Part shown: in pieces, positions 1-11,899 of the stretch
Layout: every line of letters begins with the position of its first letter
How positions within the stretch are numbered: the first letter of the stretch is position 1
Source of the DNA: Girardia tigrina
Lineage: Eukaryota
Length of the DNA: 58,465 nt
NCBI GenBank assembly: GCA_001938485.1
Contig: MQRK01247064.1
Span: 1-58,465 of the forward strand
Direction: 5' to 3'
The notes under the pieces: generated by a model
Seen by the model: the letters and a program-made list of their open reading frames with translations, nothing else
The model's database searches: none
Told to the model about the DNA's origin: nothing
Program-made: the position numbers and the translations under genes

Positions 1-36
<36 letters not shown>
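1..36. repeat. (TA)n microsatellite
   Basis: Pure TA run at the window start; a mariner end begins directly after it. Confidence 0.95.
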
Positions 37-40
<4 letters not shown>

Positions 41-595
41 GTTGGTCAAAAAGTCATTGCGATTATGAGTACGTCCTAATAAAAAACTTGAAAATATAAA
101 ACGATGTGATAAAATTTTAAGTCAATTATATATTCTGAAACTTTAATTTTCAGACTATGTTTATACAAAATATTAATTGATTTTGTTTTAATTTATTACT
201 TTACCGTCAATTCGAAATAGAAAATCAAAATTAGCATATTCTTCATGTTTTGTTGCATTATTTTCGCAAAGGGAAAACCGCTGTGCAAGCTCATAAGAAG
301 ATATGTTTTGTATATGGTAGTGTCTCCTTAAAACTTCGACAGTGTCAATACTGGTTTTCTAAATTTCGTTCTGAAAAATTTCATCTGAAAAATGCACCAT
401 TCTTCGGTCGACCAGTTGAAGTTGATAGCGACAAAATAACAGCACTGATCAAATCTAATCCACATATGACGACAAGAGAAGTTGCAGAGACTCAGGAAAT
501 ATCAAAATCAAGTGTTGGAAGTTATTTAAAGAAACTTGGATTCGTCAGTAAACTCGATATGTGGTTACTAACATGAACTGAAAGAAATATTTTTA
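37..595 (+). mobile_element. mariner (mellifera-like) 5' fragment: left TIR plus N-terminal transposase
   Basis: TA followed by TTGGGTTGGTCAAAAAGTCATTGCG. ORF 250-576 reads LHYFRKGKTAVQAHKKIC..RQCQYWFSKFRS..GRPVEVD..MTTREVAE..KLDMW, which is the mariner double HTH. It is truncated at the WVPHEL-like linker. Confidence 0.9.
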
Positions 596-2648
596 AACAA
601 AATTAGAAAATTTCAGAAATAAATTGTAATAGTGAAAGTTTAATAAATTTATACAAAAATAGAAGTTTCTTATTTTATAGAAAATTTAATGAATGAATTT
701 TGATGCAATGATTAAATTGGATTAACGCGAAGAAATGTTTAATTTTCATTAAAAAATATTGCGTGACATTATGACTACTAATCTTCATAGAAGATAATTT
801 CAATGCGACTAACACTTATATTATATTTTTATTTTTTTTAATATTTTATTTGTAAATTTGATTTTAGTGTTATCTTAAATAGAAAATCTAAAATTTATTT
901 TCTTTAGAAAGCGATACAAACCGGATATAATAACAATACAAACAAATTTGATTTCAAAATTGTTATTTATCTTTATTGTTTTTTAATATTAAAACGTTAA
1001 ATGAAATTTAATTTTCTTTATTTCTTTATAAAAAAAATTTTCAATGGAATTTTCTCCGACACAGAGGTTTATTAATTGAATGAATTGAAAAAAAATAATT
1101 TATTATCTTAAGTAAAAACAATTAATAAATAAAATTTTATAAATTTCAAAAAAATAAAAATTTGGTTAAATTTTCCGGAAATAAAATAATATTATAAGAA
1201 ACATTTTACAAGTAACTTGAAATTTATTTTAGAAAAAAAATATTTTAAATAAATTTTAAAATTTTACAAAAACTACCTTTACTTTTCAGTTCATCGCGAT
1301 AATAATTTATTTATTAATTTTATATTTCATTGCGAAATATAAAGCTGATATTGATAAACTTTTGACAGTACAGGAACTTTAAATTGATTAAAATGAATTA
1401 ATTGAAGAAATTTTAATTTTTTGAATTATCACAAATCAAATAATAATTAAATTTTAATTTTCGGCTAAAAGATTTTTCTTTATTGATATAATTTAATATT
1501 TATTATGGAAATTTCAAAACATTTTTTTTACAAAATTATGGCTTGTTTAAATGTTTTTAAATCATTAATTTATTATATTTATTTATTTATTTATTAAAAA
1601 AAATAAAAGAATTTTCTTTTTCACAACGATTAGTAAAAAAGAAGATTTTCCAAGAACAAAAGATTTAAAAAATATTTTCTGTCAAATCGTTTTTAAAATA
1701 ATAATTGCAGTTATTGGTTTTACAATAGTAAGTAGTTTCATTGAATTAAAACAAAAAATATATTAAATTCATCTCAATAAGAATTTGGAAAAGCTGACAT
1801 CTGAAATACTTTTTACTTTTGTTCTGAAATAAAAAAAAACAAACTAGAAATGTTGAATCAATAAACTGTTAAATTATTTCCACGAAACCACCCTTCAATC
1901 CATAACTCAGGGGAGTTCCCATTAATAAAATAGTAATTAGCCCATCGACAAATTACTGAGCCTGTGCATTATCTAATGGTTTTTTTGTTCAAATTGCCAT
2001 GAGAAAGTGTGGCTAATAAAAAATTATTAATCAACAGTGGTTCAGTTTTCTCTGCGACCTCAGGGAGCCAACTTTTGTCGTTTTATCGTGTGAAGATTTT
2101 GAAAATATATAATTTTTAAATATATAATTTATTGAAATTTATTATATATTGTTTCGCTGTTTTTTTGTTTTAATACTTATTGAATATTGTAAGATACTTT
2201 ACTATTAAATTTTTCAAAATCTTTTAATAATATTGTTTAATTTATTTTTAATTTTTAAAAATGAAATTAAGTAAAAATATAAAGAATCGAGACTAGTCAT
2301 GTTTTTTGTCTCACGCGATTATTTGTTAGTTCCATTCAATGTAAATTTTGTTTTAGACTTATTAGAGGTTCTTGGAACGTCCTTGGAATTATTATTAAGA
2401 GTTACATCAAACATCCATACTTTATTTAAACAAACTTTTTTTTTGAGAAACAATTTATTTTATAAATCTTAAACCGATATAAATAAAAATACATATAATA
2501 ATAATATTTGATTTTTTATTTTAATTTTAGAAGTCAATTTTAAATTACGATAACATTTTAAAATGTGTCATCGTTACGTTTGATTTTATTAATTTTTAAA
2601 AAAACATACATAAAAGTTATGCATTTTAATTTTTTATTTTATATTTAA

Positions 2649-3225
2649 CCCTATAAATAACAAAAATGTCCATACTTATAAAATTTTAAAACTGGGAATG
2701 AAAATCTTTGAAAATGCTTTAAGCATTGTAATTTTATTGCGGTCCCGGACTTGAAGGTACATTTAGCTGATCCGATTCTTGTCCATATTTATCTTGCAAG
2801 GGGTTTTGATTAGTTTTTTAACTGATTAATTGTTTTATTTTATTGATATTGATATACATATAAATATTGTTATTGATATTGACACAAGGGATACCAATAT
2901 CAGAATCAGTTCTCTTAGTAAAAAAGTATTACGCGGAAGATGCAAGATATGTTATGACACAGCAGTCGATTATGAAACAAAACATAAAGCCAGCAGAATT
3001 AATTCAAAATGTTGTCGCTGTGACTTCTTCGTTTGTAAGAAACATTCGATAATTGTTTATGATAATTGTGAATTGGACATATTGTGAATTGAATATACTT
3101 CAAAATTAATTAGAACTTGTTATTTGAAACAATTTTTTTGCTTCTTTTTCTTTGATTGCTTTTATGGACATATTTGTCCATACATGGTATAATATGTAAC
3201 TATTTCCAACATGGTGTTTGTAGGA
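2649..3225 (+). mobile_element. internally deleted piggyBac element
   Basis: TTAA on both sides (2645-2648, 3226-3229), degenerate TIRs CCCTATAAA / TTTGTAGGA, and a subterminal palindrome TATGGACATATTTGTCCATA. ORF 2830-3087 encodes the C-terminal Cys-rich domain RGRCKICY..SKCCRCDFFVCKKHS. Confidence 0.8.
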
Positions 3226-4164
3226 TTAAAACTTAAAAATTTTTTAAAAATTTAATTAGATCTTCTTAATTTTAGTGATTTCTATTTTCAAACTCTACCT
3301 ACTTAATTGTATATAATTTTTTTATTTTGACATATTTAATTTAACCTTATTTCAAAAATTTTCCTAACATTTTTAATTCCTAACAAGACTAAATACTATA
3401 TTCAGGCAATATTTTAATAGTGTTGCCTTTTTTCTTTTTTATAAATTTTAATTGCTAAATATGGCTGTAAAATAAAGGGAAGCATCAAAAATATTTTATT
3501 AAATTCTGTTAAATCGTTTCGCAATTATTATTTTTGTAGATTTAGGTATGATCCAGAGATAAAATTCAATGAAGACATCATTTTTTTTATGAAAACGACT
3601 AAGAAATATAAAATCTTGGAACAAACATGAATTATTATTTCATATAATGTTGTAAATTGTAGAATTCTTAGAAAACTTTTTAAAAAAAATTTATCTCATC
3701 AATCTTTCTTTTCGCTTACAATTAGAATGGTGACGTTACGATGCCTTTTCCCCTGGTTTTATTCTACTAATTGCTTTATTTTTTCAAAAAAAATAAAATA
3801 AAAAAATATTGAGTCTTGTAAATGCTTATTAAGTATTTTTGAAAAATAATTTTCTTAAAGCTTTTTTGAGAAATTGATTTTTGTAAATGTTTCAAAAATT
3901 CTTTTTCTATCGTTAACAATTATATTTGTTAGTTACAATGTTACTTTTTTATATTAAGTTAATTTTAAAAGGGAAACTGATTTATTTAATAAATTATTTG
4001 ATAATAGTATCAAAATTCTTTTTAAAATTTTAATAAAACATTTTAAGATTTGAATCGGCTTTATTTTACAATGTAACCAATAATCAAGAACTTTACTTTA
4101 TCGACTTGATTAAAAATACTCACTAATCCGGTTTTTGAAATGACGATTTGTTTCTCCAATATGA

Positions 4165-4620
4165 ACCTCGCTCCTCTTAAAGGTATTAGAATTCATAGGA
4201 GGTCCTGGGATCCTGATAATCCTCAAAAAGCACTCCCTTTAATGCAGGGATTGACATGCGTCTGCATCACCGGCTAATCAACTTTATCGTAACACCTTTC
4301 ATCAACATTGATACATCGAGAATCCTTGCGATGCTATCCTACAATCGACCACAGAGTCACTACTCCTTACAGTCTTCACACCCATAATAGTTGCTGGCCT
4401 TAACAAAACGCATTGCAAGCCCGATAAGAATACAAATCGCCACGGGCATTCGTTGGGACGATTCGGCCCAGCTTCGGTCGAACTCTAGTTGCCCAGGGAC
4501 AACACTTTGAGGTATGTCCGACTGGCTTTGGATAGTTTGCCGAAGTAACTAATCCCCGGGATCGACCCAGGGACCCTCTGTCTGTTAGGCAGAATGTACG
4601 AATTTTAACACGCGTGTGAA
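4165..4620 (-). mobile_element. tRNA-headed retroelement (SINE or LINE 5' end), copy 1
   Basis: The minus strand has a tRNA-like head with B-box-like GGGTCGATCCC, then a GC-richer body. It shows colinear patches of similarity to 45790-46185. Confidence 0.55.
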
Positions 4621-4659
4621 TCAAATTTATAAACCTGATTAGCTTACAATTCACAAATC

Positions 4660-6625
4660 GTTTTATTCAAGAGGAAGCTTTTTTTTAGATGTCATTGAAA
4701 CTACTTTGACACTACCTATATTTTTGCAAATACTCTTAAATGTTTTCAATTCTTCATAATATGGTATTTGAATTATTTGTTTGAGCTCTTCAATGTTTTC
4801 TTCATTTAGTCCTTTTTCATCTGTGTTTGTGTACATAATTTGTTTAAAATTAAATTAAAAAAAGATGTATAATAAATGTTGAGTAATATATCTACTTTTC
4901 TCTGAATAAAAAAATCAAATTGCGCTTAATTATTTTTATGATTCTTTTTTAAAGATGCCACATACTTAAAGTATTCTTAAATAAATTGATAATACACATA
5001 ATTAATATGAAATCATTTATAATGATCGGCCGATAAAAGGTTTCAAAGCAAAATGTAATGTTTGTATATTGAAGTACTTAAGTTACAATTATACAGCTAC
5101 TTACTAAGAAAGATAAAACTTAAAAAGTAAATGTCTTTATATGATATTACATACAAAGTTATTCAATCCATAACTTTACAGGGTAAATGTAAACAGCAAT
5201 AATCAACACAATAGTGTTTTTTTGATTTTTGAAGAATTTTATGTGTTATATAAAAATATCTTCTTTTAAGTCTTTCTCCTTTCACTTTTCATTCAATCCT
5301 AACTTTCGCTAGTGCTTGTTTTATCTGATGTCCATTAAAATTCAGCTTCCTTTTCTTGATTTGTGGTTTGTCATTAGAAGAAAAACTCTTAACTAAAGTG
5401 AGCTAAGCCTTTTTTCTCAAACTTTCTATTTTTTTCCTCACAGAAGCGTTGTGGTGTTGTGTAAAGAATTGTATATGTTGTCTATCTACATAATTCAGTT
5501 TGATATTTTCCAAGAAAAATGGCTGAAGAGACAATGACCAGAATGAAGTGGATTGAACATGGAAGGTCTGAGAAGAAAAGCTACACATAGATAGATGTGA
5601 CATAAAATTGTTCATAATTTGGTGTACCCATCTCCCAACGGATTCTCCAAAAGAGAGAATAAAGAAGAGATATAAAAACACAATTCTTCACCCACTCAAT
5701 GTAACACGATGATCAATTACAAAATCTTTTTTTCCACTAAATGAAATGTCATGATCCTGCTTCTAGTAAGTTTTGGATCTTCTACCCCCTGCAGATAATC
5801 CTAATAAGAGATTTGAATCAAAAGTAAAATTGAAAAAAAACATTTATTTCTTTCATAAAGATCAAAACTGTCTTTACATTGAATTTCAACATCAAGATTG
5901 TTAAAAGTACATCAGGTTGATCAGAATAACGTTTAAAATAGATCTTTTACAGCTACCTCGTTACAAATAATTCATGTAGTTTAAAAAATATCTGTTTTTG
6001 AAACTCTGTTTTGAAATTTCTGTTTGTTAAAAACAAATAAAATTCTTTATAAATTTAAAAATATATTATTTTATTAATAATTAGAAAAGATTCAATTAAC
6101 TTTTTATAGGTTGGTTTCAAAATTTTTGATTCGTTTTCTTTGCTTTACAACTAACGTTTCCTGATTTTATCAAGACCCTTAGGTAAAGTACATCATAAGT
6201 ATATATTTTAGTTTAAAATAAAATAATTCTTTAAGTAATCTGAAATTAAGTTTCTCTATCATATTATTTTTTATTTTCTGAAGGAATTAATAATAATAAT
6301 GAAAATAATTTTGGATCTCTTATTCATAGAGATATTTCTATTTCTTTTCAGACATCTAAAGAGATTTAAAGTTAAATGTTTTCCTTGTTATAGCTTGTAC
6401 AATTGTTATTTTAATAAAATCTGCTAATACCATCCTTAATAAAAATTTATTTCAAATTTTAATATATGCTATTAAGAACACCAATTTGACTTTTTAAATA
6501 TTTATTTAAACAACAATTTTGATTGTCCTTAAGACAATCTTTGTCAAAACTTTCGTACATTTACATTCTAAGCGAAATTGATTAATGAATTAATTCTCAT
6601 TATTTTTTTAGCAAATGGGGAAATA
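4660..6625 (-). pseudogene. decayed multi-exon gene-like arm of the repeated bidirectional unit (copy A), product unknown
   Basis: 6469-6560 reads YESFDKDCLKDNQNCCLNKYLKSQIGVLNS and aligns codon by codon with 30949-31040 and 48465-48560. 5389-5510 aligns with 48690-48781. Further open stretches at 5403-5681 and 4665-4835 may belong to the same arm, but this is unproven. Confidence 0.5.
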
Positions 6626-6794
6626 AATATTTTAAAAAAATATTCACTCAAAACTTATTGGATAATAATTAAAATGATAATTAATTATTTAAACAATATT
6701 AATTTAATTTATTTATTAAATATTATAAAAATTAATGAACTTATTTAAAATTTTTAAATTATTTGAAATTAGTAATAAATTTAAACATTACATA

Positions 6795-6961
6795 TTTTCA
6801 GATAATAAGAATTCAAATATTAATCCATCTGGGTAGGAGAGACACATTTCCAAATCAACATACACATTCAAACACACAACATCAAACATTCAAAATATTC
6901 CTCACATATGCAAAGCAAATTCGTTCTCCTAAAATTTGAAACAAAAAGACACAAAAAAAGT
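6795..6961 (+). pseudogene. exon-like right arm of the repeated unit (copy A), WW-like motif
   Basis: TTTTCAG acceptor at 6795-6801, reading NINPSG*ERHISKSTYTFKHTT, and a GTAAAT donor-like site at 6960. Clearly homologous to 33721-33840 and 48121-48240. Confidence 0.5.
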
Positions 6962-7444
6962 AAATTTGAAGATTTGAACTTAGACAAAATATATAAATGA
7001 TCGAATGTAATTATATTATAACATTATATTAAACAAAAAATTACAATTATTATCTTTCATCGGAATAAAAGAATCAAAAGTAATTAACTTAAAATAATTT
7101 CTATAATATAATTTTATTATCTAAATCGTTTCCATTATTGTTTTAAATAGAGTAATTCACTTATTTGTTTTTATGGAGGACAAAGGAATATCAAGAAATA
7201 AGAGAATGGCTAATATAGATAGTGTCGCTTACAAAACGACAGTAGTTATATCGTTATTATAAATATTTAATTATAACATACTCAATAAAGAACCAGCTCC
7301 TTAAATGTTTCAAAATAATTTTTTTCATTAGTAAATTATCTGGAAAATTGTGATATTACCGTGACGAGAATAAAAGTAGTTCTTGATAAAACAATAATTA
7401 ATATATTTTTGGTGATTTAATCATACAAAATACATTATTTAAAT

Positions 7445-8222
7445 CAGTGTTTCTCAACTTTTTTCTGGTGGCAGCACCCCAATATGCAATTTTAAAATTT
7501 CGCGGCACCCACCAACCCACAACCTCCTAAAAATTTGCGATTGTTTTTATTAAAAACGAACATATTAATCACATACCATATTTTATTGCAAAATACATAC
7601 ATACACACACACATATATATATATAAATTTGACTTTATTAATTTTTTAAAAGTAATTACATAACAAATTGTATTGAAATTTAATTGAGTTATAAAGAGGC
7701 AAACCGAAAAAGTTTCAGAAATTGCAACTTTTTGCCACCCGGTTGCCCTATTTATAAAGGTTGATTGAAATTGTAAACGTTTGGATATCAGCGAAGTGAA
7801 AATGGTAAATGAAAATTATTTTGAAATGTCATCAATAAGTATTTATATTATTGTTTTTTAAAAAACTTTTATTATGGATATCGACATAAGCATAACTAAC
7901 AGTCGCAGTCGTGATATACACTATGCTTATACTTTCCAATGCCCTGGACATTCTCACGACACGTGCATATCATGGATTTACTGAGTGTTATTATTTAGCA
8001 ATTAATTGAAAGTAAAAGTAATTTAAATATTTCTTCTATATTTGTAGATATTTTTTGTGAAATTTCATTTTTTCATTTTTTTTATATATTATATATTATA
8101 ATAGTTTTGTGTAAAACATATTTTATTATTTTATAATTTCGTACATCTCACGAGCTTGCGGCACCCTTTTCAGACGCTCGCAGCACCCAAAAGTGCCGCG
8201 GCACCCAGGTTGGGAATCATTG
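7445..8222. mobile_element. hAT (Charlie/Buster-type) MITE
   Basis: TIRs CAGTGTTTCTCAAC / GTTGGGAATCATTG, an 8-bp TSD ATTTAAAT/ATTTAAAC, and repeated subterminal GCRGCACCC motifs at both ends. Confidence 0.9.
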
Positions 8223-9371
8223 ATTTAAACCATTGCTGAATAGTAAAAAATCAAAGAATTTATTATACGAGCTTATCACCATATTTTGGAATTCAATTTT
8301 AGTTAAACATCATTGAAGATTTTATCATCTTTCGGATTTTATAAGCGTTGGGTTCGTGGTTGTTTTCCGATAAAAACTCAAAGAAAGACATTTTTAAAAG
8401 TTTTATTTAATATCAACAATATAACTAAAGATTTAAACAAATTTTTGTTAAATTTCCGAGGAAAACTTTTTGATTTTTCTTGAACAAATCAATAATATAG
8501 AAAATAATTGCAAATTTTATACATAGTTTAATTAAATATAGACTTCATTATTTTATTGTATTTTGTATTATTATTTTGTATTATTAAATATTATATTTTG
8601 TATTTTTTTAAAAACTATAATAATTTATTAAAAACATTTTTTGTATATTTTTACTTCATTAATTTTACACAACTTAATATGTAATTTTTGTATTTTTTTT
8701 TAATTGTAAAAATTTTATTAACAACTCTTTCAATATTTTTACATCTTTAATTTCGCATAAATATAATAATATGATATTTATTTTTATTTTTTAAATATTG
8801 TATTTAATTTGTAAAAAATGTTAACATCTCTTTAAATATTCTTAAAATCTTATCTTTAACTCGTTCTCAAATTCATTTAGTTTACTGTAAATTTTATGTA
8901 AAACATTTCTTTTTAAATATTATTAATATTTTAATTTATTTGTAAACTTAAGATCACATTTATTATCTTTAATTATTTTACAATAACTTCAACTTTTTAG
9001 TTTTATAATTTATTATTATTTTTTTCTTTTTCAATGTAACATTTTTATCTTTTGTTAAGGATATATTTTAAATGTTTATAAAACTTTAGAAGAGTTTCCC
9101 AAATCGTCACAAAATAAAAACATAATAAAAATAATAATAATTTATTTTAGCTGAACCTCTTGAAAAATTTTAGTACTTTTAAATTGAACTTCCGTAACTT
9201 GCGTCCCGGACAATCTAGAAAACTAAAAAATTAACTGAAGATAACGTAATTCAGCTGCTTAAAACGAGAATATGTCTATTTGGAACAATATATGAAAGAA
9301 TGAGAAATTTTATTAACCTTTAACGTTAACTTATTATTTAATAAATGTCAAAATCGTTAATTAATTAATAT

Positions 9372-9741
9372 CACTGGGTAACAGCAAAAACATCGTCAGA
9401 GGTTTCTCAGCAGAATTAGACTAATTTTAGTGTTCTGAGTTCGAAGATCACATTGCTTTTTCTCTACCAGGTTAATTTTTTGAGATACAGCCATAGGCCT
9501 ACCTTACCTATATATAATTATATATATAATATAATATACTTTACAACAAGTACCAGTTCGCTTCAATCCCTCTTTCGCACTTCACAACTCTCAAAGAGCA
9601 ATATGAAGCAGTGAAATACGTGCTCGACAAAATCCAATATGAGTAGCTCCAATGACTGATTTTCGTCGACTTAAAGATGGTGAACTTTCTACTTTGTAAG
9701 CAACCCGGGTTCATGAAGTAATATTTTTTTGTTACCCAGCG
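9372..9741 (+). mobile_element. Chapaev3-like (CMC superfamily) deletion derivative
   Basis: TIRs CACTGGGTAACA / TGTTACCCAGCG with TAT/TAA flanks. An internal transposase scrap at about 9596-9720 reads EQYEAVKYVLDKIQYE..FVDLKMVNFLL. Confidence 0.75.
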
Positions 9742-9850
9742 TAATGCTTATTAGTTTATGATGTTTGTATTAATACAAAAATAGTTTATATAATTGCATA
9801 AAAAGAATTATATTAATTTACTTAATAAAAGCAAAATTCATCCATTAAAA

Positions 9851-9897
9851 AACATTATATTTAGACGGATCAACCGTCATCTTCAGGTCACTGAATA
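9851..9897 (-). ncRNA. degenerate minimal type I hammerhead ribozyme motif in Penelope terminal repeat
   Basis: AGTGAC-CTGAAGA-T-GACGG ttgat CCGTC-TAAA-TATAAT. Stem II is perfect; the core GAAA reads TAAA. Confidence 0.5.
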
Positions 9898-11246
9898 ATA
9901 ATTTAATTTATTAATTCAATATAAATGCAAAAAATAAGGAATATATAATTGATATGTAATCAATAATTCTCAATTAGCTGGTTGAGACTACCGATTGAAC
10001 ATTGATTGCAGGGTAACGTAACCTATTTAACAATTTTTCATTCAAAACTCTATTCCAATAACTATGGAAATGTGCTTACACAGAATCTTGAAATTATCAA
10101 GTATCGTTACATTTACATTTTTTCTTGTTCTGCAATATTAATTTTCTCAGTCTTTTTTCAATCATGTTCTTATATTGGTTTATTGAGATGATGGGCAGCC
10201 TCTCCAACGTATGTTGCTTCGCACCCATTACAATAATATTCATAAACAATATCAGAATAAAGTGGTAAAGGTGTAACAGATTTATTATTGAATATAATTT
10301 GAATTTTGTGAGATCGTGATATAATTTGTAAATTGTATTACTTGTTAGTTGTTTTTCGCAATGCATTTTAAAGTTTCCAAATCCTTCAGAACAAGGTATA
10401 ATTAAGCAATATTTAGGTATATTATTAATATCTAATGATATTTCGGTTTCTTTCTTAGATCCATCAAGAGAAGCAAAAATCAAATTTTTCGAACTATCTT
10501 TCAAAAGTATTTTACCCACTGTTTCCTTTATTAATTTCCATGAAACGATTTAGAATAACTCTTCTAATTTAGGAAGGAGCTTAGTTTAAAAACACTTTCT
10601 ACAGATGAAAGAAAAGTAGAAGACAACAACCAAGAGTGATAAATTAACTCATGTTTCTTTTATATAAAGGTTAACAAAAACTGTCCTGTGAAGTATATAA
10701 ACCCGTATCAATTTGCTTCCTATAAATTCCTGTCTCGTCACTAAGGAATTTTCATTCAACAAAAGATCTAGAAAAGGTAATACTTAATTCGCTTCATTTT
10801 CAACTGTAAAATCCATATTGATAAGGGAAATGGTCTAGTCGTTTTAAATACGGATGATTATGTAAATATATTTTTTGATTTTCTTAAAGGACCATAATTT
10901 ATAAAAATTAAGAGACATTGTAAAAACGGTAAATTACCTATGATAAAAGATGATGAATGTCTTACTTTTTTATTAACAAATCTTAAAAAACAGTGTCCTA
11001 TTTGTGATAATCTAGTTAAAGATTTGCATCCAATAGGTTCTCAACTAGTCAAATTATGTGGTCTTCCAAAAGTAAATGGATTTTAAAGTTTAAAAATGCT
11101 AAAATTGTTAATTAGGTCAGTTTGCCCTACAATCAATGTTCAATCGGCAGTCTCAATCAGTTTATTGTGAATTTTTGATTAGCATGATTCCATGCAATCG
11201 ATTACCTAACTATTATTTTTGCATTTATTTACAAGTGAATTAAATT

Positions 11247-11300
11247 ATTTAGAGACCTGAAGATGACTGTTGACCCATCTAAATAAAATGTCACTCAATA
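11247..11300 (+). ncRNA. degenerate minimal type I hammerhead ribozyme motif, second copy
   Basis: AGAGAC-CTGAAGA-T-GACTG ttgac CCATC-TAAA-TAAAAT-GTCACT. It retains the 3' strand of stem I. Confidence 0.45.
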
Positions 11301-11899
11301 TATCTTTTTTTATACATTTTGCTTTTACTAAAAATTTTTTATCTGGATTGAAGCTTAACAATAAATTATTTAAATTAATAAATTGCAAATTTGGATTTCG
11401 ACTTGTTTATTTTTGTCTCTTTTTGTCTAAAAAAATTTTTTTAAAAAATTAAAACAAATTTTTAAACATATTTTTGATTTTTTTTTGAAGTAGAATGTTT
11501 TGTCTTTTATTGATATTAATTAATATTGAGTTGCTTCTCTTTCAATATTTATATTAATATATAAATTAAAAAAATTTTATCCAATATTAATAAACGGTAT
11601 TATTTAAATACGGAATAATATTAAGTTAGTTAAGATAAATTAAAGCATTAAAAGTTTTAAAATAAAATTTAAAAGAAGTTTGAAAAGTTGTTGAGATTGT
11701 CATTATCTTTACAAAAGAATTTTTCCAGTCCAAGAAATCTTACTACTAGTATTTCTACGGCTTTTGGATATTTACTTTCATTCATTCTGCCACTTTTCAA
11801 TTAAATTCTCTTGTTACTGTCAAAAATTGTTAATGGAAACTTAATTATCTCTTTTTACTTCTAGCAATATAATTTAATCTTTAACTGATAAATAAAATA

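Larger units (their letters stand above)
9820..11335. mobile_element. Penelope-like retroelement with inverted terminal arrangement
   Basis: Minus strand has the RT thumb DFTVENE..LPFLDLL (about 10760-10820) and a GIY-YIG region CNGCEATYVGE (about 10200-10235). Plus strand has an RT N-terminal HPIGSQLVKLCGLPKV (about 11027-11075). 9851-10050 is an inverted diverged copy of 11090-11295. Confidence 0.85.

Noticed and set aside
4445-4460. Shared VPTNAR peptide between ORF 4400-4654 and ORF 56565-56759
   Set aside because: Only a short nucleotide match, and the second ORF is an off-frame reading of a mariner transposase.
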